Shown: in pieces, positions 1-13,015 of the stretch | Position numbering within the stretch: the first letter of the stretch is position 1 | Layout: each line of letters starts with the position of its first letter | Assembly (NCBI GenBank): GCA_951406725.2 | Contig: OX597835.1 | Span: forward strand, 39,432,001-39,496,000 | Direction: 5' to 3' | Length of the DNA: 64,000 nt | Source of the DNA: Octopus vulgaris | Taxonomy: Eukaryota | Notes under the pieces: model-generated | What the model saw: only the letters and a program-made list of their open reading frames with translations | Databases searched by the model: none | What the model was told of the DNA's origin: nothing | Position numbers and translations under genes: made by a program

Positions 1-842
1 GCTTCTTAACTAGCTCACCCTCTACTCTATTTCTATCTATGGCTAGTGCTTTGCTGTACCTAATCGCTTCTGCTTTTACTGCTCTCTTGAGGGCAAACCA
101 CCATTTGTTGTTGATGATGGCTCCCGTCAAAGCCCTCTTTACTAGTGTGCTAATCCGGTCTCTGAAAACTTGTCTCGATGGGAAAGACGCGTTTAGTTTC
201 CAGTATCCGGGACCCTGCCTAAGTGTCTTACCTAAGTCTAGCGTACATGTCACAAGTTTGTGATCCGTGTAGCTGACTATGTGGAATTGTGGACATCCTA
301 TGCTATCTCTATCTACTGTCCTACACAGTATCCTATCTAGATACGATCTCGATGACCCGATGCGGTTGCTCCATGTCCACGTTGGCGCATTCGGGTGGTC
401 TAGTCGGAACCTGTCAGACAGTTGAAAGCGTCTGAGCAGGTCTCTGAGGCATTTGCATCCCCGTCTATTCCTATCTCTACCCACGTAGTCTACATGCGTG
501 TCCAAGGTAGCATTCCAATCCCCCACTAAGAGTAAAGGACGAGACGTTCCCAAGAAAACTTCTAGACGTTGAAAGAAATCCGCCCGACCTGTTAAGGGCG
601 GTGCGTAAACTGATACGAGTCGAAAAGCGCACCCATTGCTGCCGTCGACATCCAGGACGACCAGTCTACCTTCCGGGTCTACGAATATTGTCCTTACTTT
701 GAGATCCAGACTCTTGTGAAAAAGTACCGCGGTGCCACTACCGCCCATTCTCGGCAGACAGGGGGAAAAATAAATGTTGAACTGTCCGCCAAACATGGTC
801 TTTAGGGCCCGCGGATTGTGGAGTCTGGTCTCGCTTATGGCT

Positions 843-845
<3 letters not shown>
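1..845 (-). mobile_element. Tx1/L1-clade LINE ORF2, APE endonuclease region (5'-truncated, continues off window)
   Basis: Uninterrupted minus-strand frame reads IAISETRL...GRLVVLDV...RLVSVYAP...LLVGDWNA...PTWTW...SRSYLDRI...YTDHKLV...GPGYWKLN, i.e. the APE motifs plus the L1/Tx1 post-EN WKLN motif. The 5' junction runs directly into (GATA)n. Confidence 0.9.
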
Positions 846-1342
<497 letters not shown>

Positions 1343-1654
1343 TGCAAAAACGGGAATTGAAAGGGAGAGATAGAGCAAGTCACAAGGAGGGGATAAAGAG
1401 AAACAGAATAGGGAGCTGGTAAGGAATGTTATAAGGGAGTGAAGTGTAAACTAATTTATCCTCGATCGTTTATGTTATGAGTTTACCCTGTAAATATATT
1501 ACTGTTTCGTTAATCAATTCCACCAATAGAAACACTAGTCTTTAATCAAAAAATACTTCCATTCCACCTTGCTGCTCCACTTGACGCAGCCACGATTCAG
1601 TGGGAAAGTCTCCACTAGGTTGCTCAAAGCACTAGAAATAGCAGCCATATATAT

Positions 1655-2068
1655 CTATTTCTTTATTACCCACAAGGGGCTAAACACAGAGAGGACAAAC
1701 AAAGACAGACAAATGGATTAAGTCGATTACATCGACCCCAGTGCGTAACTGGTACTTATTTAATCGACCCCGAAAGGATGAAAGGCAAAGTCGACCTCGG
1801 CGGAATTTGAACCCAGAACGTAGCGGCAGACGAAATACGGCGACGCATTTCGCCCGGCGTGCGAGCGTCTCTGCCAGCTCGCCGCCCTTTTAACGGATTA
1901 AGTCGATTATATCGACCCCAGTGCGTAACTGGTACTTAATTTATCAACCCTGAAAGGATGAAAGGCAAAGTCGACCTCGGCGGAATTTGAACCCAGAACG
2001 CAGTGGCAGACGAAATACGGCTACGCATTTCGCCCGGCGTGCTAACGGTTCTGCCAGCTCACCGCCTT
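1655..2068 (-). mobile_element. Two adjacent tRNA-derived SINEs, family A (Meta/MESC-domain-like)
   Basis: Head GGCGGCGAGCTGGCAGA, B-box GGTTCAAATTCC, central GTCGACTTTGCCTTTCATCCTTTCGGGGTCGAT..AAGTACC. Many copies in the window. Confidence 0.85.
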
Positions 2069-3497
2069 CATCTGAAATGAAACACTACTGGCTTTAAAAT
2101 AAGCTATACAGGTTATCATCTTCACCACAAAAGGCTTCTGAATACACAAGAAATTGAGGCTAGTAAAACTGCAATATTATAGCAATTGTTCTCTACAGGG
2201 TAGAAACTCAGATAATGTTCAGGTATCGAGATGAAATACAAGCCTTTGAAATGTGGATTTTTTTTCACATAGTGCCATTTAAGGAAGAATTAGAAACGAC
2301 AACTTATAGTGTTTATACATTTAGTATGATACACAGAGGGTGATTTTAATTAAATGCTTTTACTGTTGCGCCCACAGAATTTTATACAGCCTGATGAGCT
2401 TCACGCAATATCAGTGAATGTACCATCCACTGTTTTGTGTGTGAATGTGTGTGCGTATGTGTGTGTGTCAAACGGGAGCAAGGCATTGACAAGTCCTTGG
2501 TTAAATTAAATACGTCTGTCGTACTCATGCACCTCATCTGCAACGATGTTTGTTTCGCTTCGCTGTATATTGTATTTTTAACACTACATGTCTATGAGGA
2601 GATTTTCTCTCAGACAAATTCACAGCATCATGCCTTTCAATTGTAGTATATCTTGGGATGTTTTAAAATACAATGTTTCTTTTTCCGTCACTATGGTTAA
2701 TAGGGCGGTGATAGAATCGTTAGCACGGCGGACAGAATTCTTTCCGTTATTTTCTCTGGTTATTTACGTTCTTTGTTCAAATTCGCCAAGGTCGACTTTG
2801 CCTTTCATCCTTTCGGAGTCAAGTACTGTATTTTTGTAATTAACGTGTCCCTTCCTCTGAAACATTATTAGCCTTGAACTTTGCAACGGATCGACGTCCC
2901 GTTCAAGGGCAGTATTGTGATATCAGTTACTTACACTCCATGAAAATAGGGTAACCAGCCTTATGAGTTCTGACGTACTAGAATTTTTTTTTAAATTCTC
3001 CATGATTGAAAAAGAAATAATTTTATCAATCACAGTAGAAAGTTCTTAATAGAGGATTTTACATTCAACGAGAAAGGAAGAATAAACCAGATGATGCTAC
3101 GAAGTCTCTTCTTTTTACAAGATGGTGACCGAATGAGGTGTGTAAGTAACCTTATGCTTGAATCCAACAGATTCTAGTAATATATTATAGTAGAGGGTGG
3201 CTCTGTCGCATATCACCTTATTCGATAACAATATTTTTTTTCACCTTTTACTCGTTTAAGTTATTAAACTGTGGGCATGTTTTGGCATCGCCTTAAACGA
3301 TCAAACGAACAAATCGACACCAGAATTTCTTAAAGTCTTGTACTAATCGAATCTCTTTTGCCGAATCGCTAAGTTATGGGGATATACAGAAATTTACACA
3401 GGTTAACCAAACGATAAAGGGACACACACAAACACACGCGCACACACACACACACATGTGTATAGTAATAACAATAATAACAATAAATACCCAACAC

Positions 3498-3559
<62 letters not shown>

Positions 3560-3644
3560 TGATTTTAAAGAAATATATAAGCCTGGCGGTTATATATATG
3601 TATGTAGTATGCATATATGTGTGTATGTACATAAATATATGTAT

Positions 3645-3809
3645 ACAGGCATAGAAGTGACTTGCTAACCAACCACATGGTTCTGAGTTCAGTCCCACTG
3701 CGTGGCACCTTGGGCAATTATCGTCTACTATAGCCTCGGGCCGACCAAAGCCTTGTAAGTAGATTTGGTAGATGGAGTCTGAAAGAAGCCCGTTGTATAT
3801 GAGTATATG

Positions 3810-3882
<73 letters not shown>

Positions 3883-4097
3883 GTATGTGTGTGTGTGTGT
3901 GTGTGTTTTGTGTCTGTGTTTGTCCTCCAACATAGCTTGACAACCGATGCTGGTGTGTTTACGTCCCCGTAACCTAGCGGTTCGGCAAAAGAGACCGATA
4001 GAATAAAGTACTAGGCTTCCAAAGAATAAGTCATGGGGTCGATTTGCTCGACTAAAGGCGGTGCTCCAGCATGGCCACAGTCAAATGACTGGAACAT
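3645..4097 (+). mobile_element. SINE family B (CORE-like) with internal (TA)/(TG) tract
   Basis: GGTTCTGAGTTCAGTCCCACTGCGTGGCACCTTGGGCAA; tail GGCGGTGCTCCAGCATGGCCACAGTCAAATGACTG. Many copies in the window. Confidence 0.85.
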
Positions 4098-4873
4098 GAG
4101 TGCCCGTATGTGCCTATTCACATGGATGTTTGTACTCCTATAACTTTATGCCGATATATTTAACCCTCTGTATTACTAATGACAGCTTTTCTCAAGCAGT
4201 GTCGACCGAGGGCTAAACAACAAAAACAAAAACAAAGTGTTTGCATATTCGATAATGGTAAGCATCGAAGAGGCTCATGATTTGCTAGAAATAGCAACCA
4301 ACCACCATCGAATAACACACACTACTCTCTTGAAACAGGAAGCACAAACAATTTGGACAGTGCGTTCTAAGAATGCTAGGCCTTTACTCGATCTGCAAGA
4401 AATAGTAACCGAATCCTCTTTAAATAAATATATCCTACTGTTATTAGGCAGAGAAGGATACATTAAATAATGAAAAGAAGAAATTTAACAAATACACGAT
4501 GGTAATAACTACAAAGAGGTATTTCATTATTCAAAACAGACCCAGGGATAAGCAACAACAGCAAGAACATCAACAACAACAACACAAAGGGATTTCTATA
4601 TTTCTCGTTCTTCTGCGCATGCGGCGAATAACATTTTATTTATTGATATTTACGCTGCTATAATGATTCGTAAATGTCTCCACTTACGATTCTATCATTC
4701 ACAACAAAAAAAAAACAGTATCTCACTCTCTCTCTTTCTATCTATCTGTCTATCTCTCACTCATTCTCTCTCTCTCTCTTTCCCCGCTTTCATGAATCCC
4801 TATATGTATCGATCCATTTGTATATCCATCAATAAATTATTCTGTAGGAATCTTACATTATAGACATACAAAT

Positions 4874-4908
<35 letters not shown>

Positions 4909-4946
4909 AATATATACCTGTAAATATATATAGCTGTTCTTATATA

Positions 4947-4982
<36 letters not shown>

Positions 4983-5222
4983 TGTATGTATGTATGTATG
5001 TATGTATGTATATGTATATATACGCATATACATACACACACATATACACAAATGCATACATATATACACAGAAAAGCACAAATACACACACGCACACATC
5101 CATAAAAACACATATATATCAAGACGCGCACATATATATGCACTGAATATTTGTATGCACGTATATATATATATATATATACATATATATATACATACAT
5201 AGATACATAAATACAAAGAGAC

Positions 5223-5278
<56 letters not shown>

Positions 5279-6172
5279 GCATACATATTATTTATTGTAT
5301 ATTCCCATACACACGTACACGCACATATGTACACTTACAAAGGTATATATATGTTTGTGTTTACTGGAAATATATATGATTTGTATTTAATCGTAGATTA
5401 TTTCGCAAAACGTTTATTTAATTACATACAAACATACTTTTACATGTATGTAACTGTTCGGCCATTTATGCACGTACGAATCTATGTATGTACGTGTGCA
5501 CGCCTGTATGTATATCGGATTTGCATTGTCTTTCATTTATAATCTTTATATTTGCCTCGCTTCGCTTTGTTTCAATTGCAAACAAGTAATTGCCATTCAA
5601 TTCCAGGCTGAAACAATAAACAATGAATTTAATTTCACTGTCGAACATATAGATCGTAACGTAAACACTTCTACAAATAGTTTCCTTTGAAATTTCGTCA
5701 CCAAATAAGATGATGCGTCTCTACTCTGAACATCATTATATACTAAGGACTAGATTTCTCTGCTCAATTGGGTACGAATCAAATCAAAACAAATAGCTGA
5801 ACCAGCAGTTGTATAAGCTGAGCATATGGTGGAATAGTGTGGGTGAGGATAAGGTGGGGGGGGCAGGAATGTGCCTGCGTGGATGTATGCATGTATGCAT
5901 TATGTATATAGTTCAAATTAAATGTTTGGAGTATTTGTGGAGTAGTAAAGCTGCTCCTCTGATAGGATTGTGTATAAGTATGTATGTATATATGTATGTA
6001 TGTATGTATATATATGCGCGCACGCACCTGTGTCTGATTGTGTATGTGGGTGTGTGTATGCGTTATTCAGTATATTTCTAAATTTTTAGCAACAGAGAAA
6101 GAGCCGGTTTCTAACCTAGATCCAAGGCTCCTTATGTGGAGTTATATATAATGTATACGCGACATTTTAAGT

Positions 6173-6226
<54 letters not shown>

Positions 6227-6439
6227 ATCACGTGATCGACCAGACCATCATGTATATGGGTGTATATATGTGTATATGTGTGTGTATGTGTGGTGTGTGT
6301 GAGAGAGAGAAGGTGACAGCATATTAGAAGTACTGTTTAAACAAGGGAACAGAATTGAAAAAAAAACAATCCAGTACGGCTTTTACAATTTACACAGACC
6401 CTATTTCCCCGATAATTTGTGTATAGCTTAGAACAAATA

Positions 6440-6720
6440 TTTCGGCATAAAATACCCGATTCAATATTGGCGAAACATTATTAGAACTGGTAGAGGATTT
6501 TAGATTTCCTCAGAATTTCACTCAGTTGCGAAATCTATAGCCTAGCCATTGTATCTGCTGTTTTGGACAAACTTTCGCAGAATAAATTCTCCAGAGTGAT
6601 TTGTTCAAAAATTTCACTGATTAACGAACGACTTCCAATTCCGGTATAAAGCACGAACTTCACCGGTATCTCATACAATCTGAAATTAGAGCATCATTGC
6701 CGGCTTTTACTAGAAAATGA
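6440..6720 (+). mobile_element. Possible highly degraded RTE-like RT remnant
   Basis: FNIGETLLELVEDFRF resembles the LExVxxFxYLG motif; the rest is broken. Confidence 0.3.
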
Positions 6721-7319
6721 AATCATGTCTCCTGTATAAATTTTTTAACTGGAATCTATCTCACGAAAGTCTGCAAAATTAAGTAGGCTTAATGGTTCAG
6801 TGAAAGATTTAACAACTGCATGAGTTTCTGACAGCATTTGAAGTCACGTAATACGTATTGTAAGTTTTGAATAAGTCATTTTATGTCGAAATATCAGCTA
6901 TGAACTATTGAAAAAAAAAATTCTTGGAAACTGAGTGATAGTTATTGCGGCAGAGAAGAATCACAAAATGGATCTTCAAGACAAGTCAACCGGTAGAAGA
7001 CGTAGGGGTACACTCAGAGCGAGATGGAGAAAAAATATCCATATTGTCAGTCGGTCGTGCTTTGGGAGTCCAACCGGAAAGTGTAGTGATGTTTGCTATT
7101 GACATATCACCAATGAGGAGGTTCCTGGGAGCTCTAGTAAAAGATATTCTAGTAAAGGAGGGGCATTCACTACTATTTCTTACTTATTTCAACAAATATG
7201 GGAGACAACCTCGGACATATTTCACTTAAGAAAATTATAGACTTCCACTGGGCGGAACTAATGATGGGAGAATCGCTAGCTATATGATTAAATATGTACA
7301 ATGCTATGAAAGCTGCACC

Positions 7320-7540
7320 GGACTCCTGTCTTATTCGACATGGTTTCTACAGCTGGATGCCCTTCCTAATGCCAACCACTCCGAGAGTGTAATGAGTGCT
7401 TTTACATGCCACCAGCACGGGTGCCATTTGGGTGACACCCGTATCTGCCATGACTGCGTTTTTGCTCGGCTTGATGGGTCTTCTTCTCAAACACGACATA
7501 ATACCAAAGGTCTCCGTCATTGCCTCCGTGGGACCTGCAG
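7320..7540 (-). mobile_element. Interspersed repeat, RTE-related (family E)
   Basis: Reverse complement of GGTTGGCATTAGGAAGGGCATCCAGCTGTAGAAACC, shared with 9110-9300. Confidence 0.6.
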
Positions 7541-7719
7541 ATAGCTGTTCTCATGCAGTCATCATACAATCTGCGTTTTACTCTGAAAATAGGCCCTATT
7601 CCTATATATATATATATATATACATATAACGGGTAAGTTTACGAAAATAAACAAAAGACGAAGGCAGGTGGAGTACAAACAAACAAATGTATTAGTATAG
7701 CGCTCAGGAATAGAAAAAG

Positions 7720-7757
7720 TCTTTTACGTTTCGAGCCTACGCTCTTCGACAGAAAGA
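7720..7757 (-). ncRNA. Minimal hammerhead-like motif (core CUGUCGA) in a (TA)n-embedded Penelope-type terminus (7629-7765)
   Basis: Minus strand: tcttt CTGTCGA A GAGC-GTAG-GCTC GAAA CG T A aaaga. 5-bp stem I, ACGU palindromic stem III. Confidence 0.55.
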
Positions 7758-7762
7758 TACAC

Positions 7763-7816
<54 letters not shown>

Positions 7817-7821
<5 letters not shown>

Positions 7822-7850
7822 TTATAAATTAATAATTTTTAAACCTATAT

Positions 7851-7904
<54 letters not shown>

Positions 7905-8541
7905 ATATAGGTTTAAAAATTATTAATTTATAATTAATAAATTTCACCAAGTAGTTTCGGTACGGAAAGGAACCATATTCGGTAAAAACTTATACAAGAA
8001 GTTTTATATATATATATAACAATAATTAAGGGTTTAGCAACGAGTTGCTTAACCACATACCAAAAAATTTAGAAATAGCAGCCAAAAGACCGTTATTTCT
8101 TTTCGCTACAAAATATGACTCCACAGACAACCCTCTCTGTAACTCACACAGGCAAAAAGAAGGAAAACAATGAAATCAAACAGTCTTCGGTTAATTATGG
8201 ACGCGTTTCTGGATTAGAGTTATAAATACTCATTTCCTTATCAACATAATATTCCGATAAATTTTTAAATGCTAGAAAACTTTTCCGAAGCTTTTCTTGT
8301 TATCAGGGAGTAAAATAATTATTATAGATATAGGATCTATTTTTTGCGGTACTGTCTCGTGACGCACATGGTGTAGGAATTGGTGGCAAATATGAATTTC
8401 ACTCGTCTATATTAATTCGGATATGCTAACCACCTTGTGTGATGTTCTGATGTCGCTTGGTCAGAAATGCAAAGGGTAAGTTTTCTAGCATTTTTCGGTA
8501 TGTGGTTAAGCCGCTCGTTGCTAAACCCTTAATTATTGTTA
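7817..8541 (-). mobile_element. Non-coding Penelope-type element with inverted terminal duplication
   Basis: 8482-8541 is the reverse complement of 8017-8075. The element contains a hammerhead at 8194-8250, is flanked by (TA)n, and has homologues at 19390-19663, 28650-28915 and 30020-30230. Confidence 0.65.
8194..8250 (-). ncRNA. Type I hammerhead-like motif, core UUGAUAA
   Basis: Minus strand: attatg TTGATAA GGA-aat-GAGT-atttata-ACTC-taa-TCC A GAAA CGCG TC cataat. 6-bp stem I, ACGCGU palindrome, GUC triplet. Confidence 0.65.
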
Positions 8542-8788
8542 CATATATATATATATATATGCTTTAAATTTAAATGTGAGTATACATGTATTTCCTTGAT
8601 GTTGGTTATGGAACTATCAGTCCAATATGGAAAATAACTGTGTTTGTTAATGTATACTGATATATTTTGTTTGTATTGTATAAATGTGTATATATATATA
8701 TGTGTAGAATTATGAGTGTCTATGCACACATTTTTATATTTTATATTTTTATATTTATATGTAAATTTTTTTCACACTTATATTAAAT

Positions 8789-8899
8789 TCTCTGAAGAGG
8801 CCGTGAGACATCCTTGTTAATGTTTCATTTATACCTGCTTTATATGGCTAATAGGTTAAATGAGACATACCTGTCTTCACGGCCGAAACAGCTGTCAGA
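8789..8899 (+). ncRNA. Type I hammerhead ribozyme with long stem II
   Basis: tct CTGAAGA GGCCGTGAGACA...TGTCTTCACGGCC GAAA CAGCTG TC aga. Canonical core, GUC triplet, ACAGCUGU palindromic stem III, and additional inner pairing ATGTTTCATTTA/TAAATGAGACAT. Confidence 0.85.
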
Positions 8900-9109
8900 T
8901 ATGATGTAATTGTATTTTCTATTTCTATTTCCATGTCTAATTATATTTGCAATATATTATGTATAATGTCATTGCTGTTATGTAATGGTTTAATAAAGTA
9001 TTGATTGGGTATTATCTGATGGTTGATGATTGATTTAGGTATGTTTCTCCATTTTCTCATTTTGTATATATATATATATATACATACACACATACATGTA
9101 TGCCAGTGT

Positions 9110-9300
9110 CACGAAAAAAGCAATCACTACACTCTTGGAGTGGTTAGCGTTAGGAAGGGCATCCAGCCATAGAAACCTTGCCAAATCAGATCGGAACATG
9201 GTGCAGCCCCCACCCCCTCCCCCGCCGGCTAACCGGTTTTCAATCAAACTGTCCAGCCCATGCTAGTATGAAAACCGTACCTTAAATGATATGATGATGA
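9110..9300 (+). mobile_element. Interspersed repeat, RTE-related (family E) with (TGA)n tail
   Basis: GTGGTTAGCGTTAGGAAGGGCATCCAGCCATAGAAACC...TTAAATGATATGATGATGA. Confidence 0.6.
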
Positions 9301-9326
9301 TACACACATATACACGTGCATATTCA

Positions 9327-9366
<40 letters not shown>

Positions 9367-9436
9367 CATATATATATGCATACACGCACACACATATATA
9401 TATATATGTGCATAGATAAATATATATATACACACA

Positions 9437-9479
<43 letters not shown>

Positions 9480-10053
9480 ACACACAAACATACACGCACA
9501 ATACATAGATATATATACAATTTTCCCATTGGCACTACCATTTCCTCTCACTCCACGCCTTGTGTTTCACCATCTGCCGATACCCGCTATTTTACATCCC
9601 CTTAAAAAATCTTGAACTCGGTTGATTTATTCCCTGATATTGTCTGCTACTACAGTCTCAAATTGTTGCCTCGTTCCAACATTTCGTAGGCATCCCTTTG
9701 ATACTGGCACCGCCTTTTATATTCAAATAAACCACTTAGATTCCAGCTTTTGCGGCGTTTTAAGTTCCCCACTGTTTAAAAGAGAACAATTTATTTTATC
9801 TCTTCAGTTGTCCATGGGGGTTCTTAGATCTTACACTCGCGTTTTCTTATTTCTTCGCATAGTTATGTTGTTGTTCCTGTTGGTAGTGGGGTGGTGGATT
9901 TTTTTTTAGTAGTATTGGTAATGATGGTGGTGGTAGTGGTGGGGTTGATGGTGTACTAAATTTCTGGTTTCGAAAGGCACGAAAAGGGCAGAAGATTGTG
10001 AATACATTATCACTTTCTCTTTCTATTCGCTCCACACCAAATGTGTATCTTTG

Positions 10054-10127
<74 letters not shown>

Positions 10128-10185
10128 CATATATATATGTATATATATATATGTACATACATGTATATATATATATGTATATATA

Positions 10186-10595
<410 letters not shown>

Positions 10596-10669
10596 GATAT
10601 ATATATGTATCAAAAGAAAAACAGGACACATATATATATGTATATGTATATATGTGTGTGTGTGTGTGC

Positions 10670-10717
<48 letters not shown>

Positions 10718-10855
10718 CGGAGATGTACTTGCATAGCAAGTGATTTGATGTGAGATCGTGTGCTGAAACGAAAACAATTGCAGCGTGGAAGGTGTTTGTA
10801 AGCCATTTAAGAAACACACAAAAGCCGTTCGATTCACTTCAACATTTAAGTTTAA

Positions 10856-10907
10856 TTTGTCAAAATATTTTCGTCGCTTTAAGACCGCGACCTGTTCACT
10901 GACAAAA
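10856..10907 (-). ncRNA. Hammerhead-like motif with G3-C8 swapped core (GUGAACA)
   Basis: Minus strand: tttgtca GTGAACA G GTCGC-ggtcttaaa-GCGAC GAAA ATAT T T tgacaaa. 7-bp stem I, 5-bp stem II, AAUAUU palindrome. Lies within a (TA)n-flanked insert at 10717-10921. Confidence 0.6.
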
Positions 10908-10921
10908 ATCCGTGCTGTTGT

Positions 10922-10973
<52 letters not shown>

Positions 10974-10977
10974 ATTA

Positions 10978-11008
<31 letters not shown>

Positions 11009-11206
11009 TTGCGTGTCTTTGTGACTGTGTTTGCCACCCTATCATTGCTTGACAACCGACGCTGGTGTGTTTGCGTCCCCGTAACATAGCGGTTCGGCAT
11101 CAGAAACTGATAGAATAAGTACCAGACTTAAAATGAACAAGTCCTGGGATTGATTTTCTCGACTAGAGGCGGTGCTCCAGCATGGCCGCAGTCAAATGAC
11201 TTGAGA

Positions 11207-11484
11207 TGTTACAACTACCCATTTTGCTTGTTGCAAATCAGTGACCGATGGTCGCTTTATTTACAATATATTGCTGGCTGGAGCGAACCTGGCTATCGCT
11301 CTAGGAGCCAGGTGCTCGCTACTAAAGACAAGCCAGCCAACTCGAAGCTGAGTCAGTCTCGCGATCCTGTTGTCTGCTAGAAGATAGTAGGAGTTCGCTC
11401 CCCCTGCTAGCAATATATAGAGTGCAGCGCTACACCGATAACCAGCTGGCGGAAGATCTGTCAGGGGTTAAACTAGTAGTAACA
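11207..11484 (-). mobile_element. Candidate solo LTR
   Basis: TG...CA ends with a 10/11 terminal inverted match (TGTTACAACTA / TAGTAGTAACA). TATA-like sequence and AATAAA lie on the minus strand. No TSD seen. Confidence 0.45.
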
Positions 11485-11599
11485 TGCAACAACCACATTG
11501 ATGTGGCGATTAATTTTACTTGTTATTGTAGTTACTACTCACATCTCTTATTGAGATTTCACAACTAGTTATTTTGCTTTTAGAATGGTACGTTGGAGG

Positions 11600-11910
11600 G
11601 GGAGGGGGCAGAAGAATTCGAGGACAGGACGGAAGGATTGGACAAAAGAGAGGAAGTAGTCTAATTGTTCGTGAGACAGTGAGGTCGCATTGATACAGTC
11701 ATCGATGTAACGACCGTATAGTTCGGGAGTTGGACCAGTGAATCGTGAGAATATTTCGGCCTCAACGTAGCCAACAAACAGGTTAGCATTGTTGGGGCCC
11801 ATTCTAGTTCCCATGGCAACTCCCGAAATTCTGTTGGTAAAAATCCTCTGCGAACAAGAAGCAGTTGAGGGAGAGAACAAGTTCGGTTAGACGAAGAAGT
11901 GTCGAGATGG
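11600..11910 (-). mobile_element. Penelope-like element reverse transcriptase fragment
   Basis: GVAMGTRMGPNNANLFVGYVE...YGRYIDDC...FLSFVQSFRPVLEF = PLE RT motifs 4-6. Confidence 0.9.
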
Positions 11911-12002
11911 GATCACCGCATTTAAACTCTTGAAATCAACAATTTTGTGTCCAATCCTTCCATCCTGTTCTCGAATTCTTCTGCTCTATTTCTAACTCTT
12001 CC

Positions 12003-12090
12003 GTTGAATTTCTCGAATTTCTGTCAGTATAAAACACTCCGCTCTCATTACCTCCATCCACTACAAACACACGGACTCACACTCCTACCA
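12003..12090 (+). mobile_element. Penelope RT7/thumb fragment in the opposite orientation
   Basis: VEFL/ISVSIKHSALITSIHYKHTDSHSY resembles the PLE FLD...YxKPTDSHSYL motif. Confidence 0.7.
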
Positions 12091-12764
12091 TAACTCTCCC
12101 AATAGTAAAGATACTTTTTTAATATTTCATTTCAAGTTTTCGGCCGTCTTACTAATAGGACCACACTTATATGTCCATATATCTATTTGGTCATTTATAT
12201 GTTCGTCTCAATGCTTTATCAGTCCGCCAGTCTGTCATTTTCTACGTCCCTCTGTCTCTCCTTCTCTCTTTCCCTTTCCGTGTGTCTTTTTCTCTCTCTC
12301 CCCTCTCACTCTCCCTCTCTCCATCTCCCCCTCTCTCTCCATCTCCCCCTCTCTCTCCATCTCCTCCTCTCTCTCCATCTCCTCCTCTCTCCATCTCCCC
12401 CTCTCTCTCTCTTTCCCTCTCTCTCTCTCTCCTCTCTCTCTCTTCTCTCTCTCTCTCCCTCCCTCTCCCTCTCTCCCTCTGTCTTTCTGTTTATGCACAT
12501 ATATGTGCATATGTCTTTATGCATGCATATTAAAATAATGTTATTTTCAGGCAGATTTAAGAATAAGAACATTGCATCTACTGATGGCGTGATTCTGTAC
12601 AGTAATTTATCAAGGTGGGGCGTGGAAATATTTAGGTACTGGGACAGGTTAGTTGAGAATGGGGTGTAACTAACTAACAAGTGAATAACTCTTTAAATAA
12701 AGCTGTAATTAAAACTCCATTTGAATATATATGTATGTGTGTCTGTGTATGTGTATATATATAT

Positions 12765-12942
12765 ATAATCAAAATAAACAACAAGAATGACTCCGGTAAT
12801 TTGGTACGTACCAAATTACCGGAGTCATTCTTGTTGCTTATTTTGATTATAATCACCCCACGGATTTTTATGGATAACACCATACAGAATTCTGGTGCAT
12901 CTAAATTAAGTACCATATTCATTTGAATCTAAATTTTTGCTG

Positions 12943-12946
<4 letters not shown>
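12765..12946. mobile_element. (TA)n-embedded element ending in a near-perfect ~88-bp spacerless palindrome
   Basis: TATAATCAAAATAAACAACAAGAATGACTCCGGTAATTTGGTAC|GTACCAAATTACCGGAGTCATTCTTGTTGCTTATTTTGATTATA. 12830-12946 is homologous (inverted) to 22602-22717. Confidence 0.75.

Positions 12947-13015
<69 letters not shown>

Noticed and set aside
2391-2425. CTGATGA followed by a small hairpin
   Set aside because: No downstream GAAA/NUH or stem I, so it is not a complete hammerhead.
6945-7229. 94-aa ORF / possible LINE endonuclease remnant on the minus strand
   Set aside because: Only a weak LLIGD similarity; insufficient.
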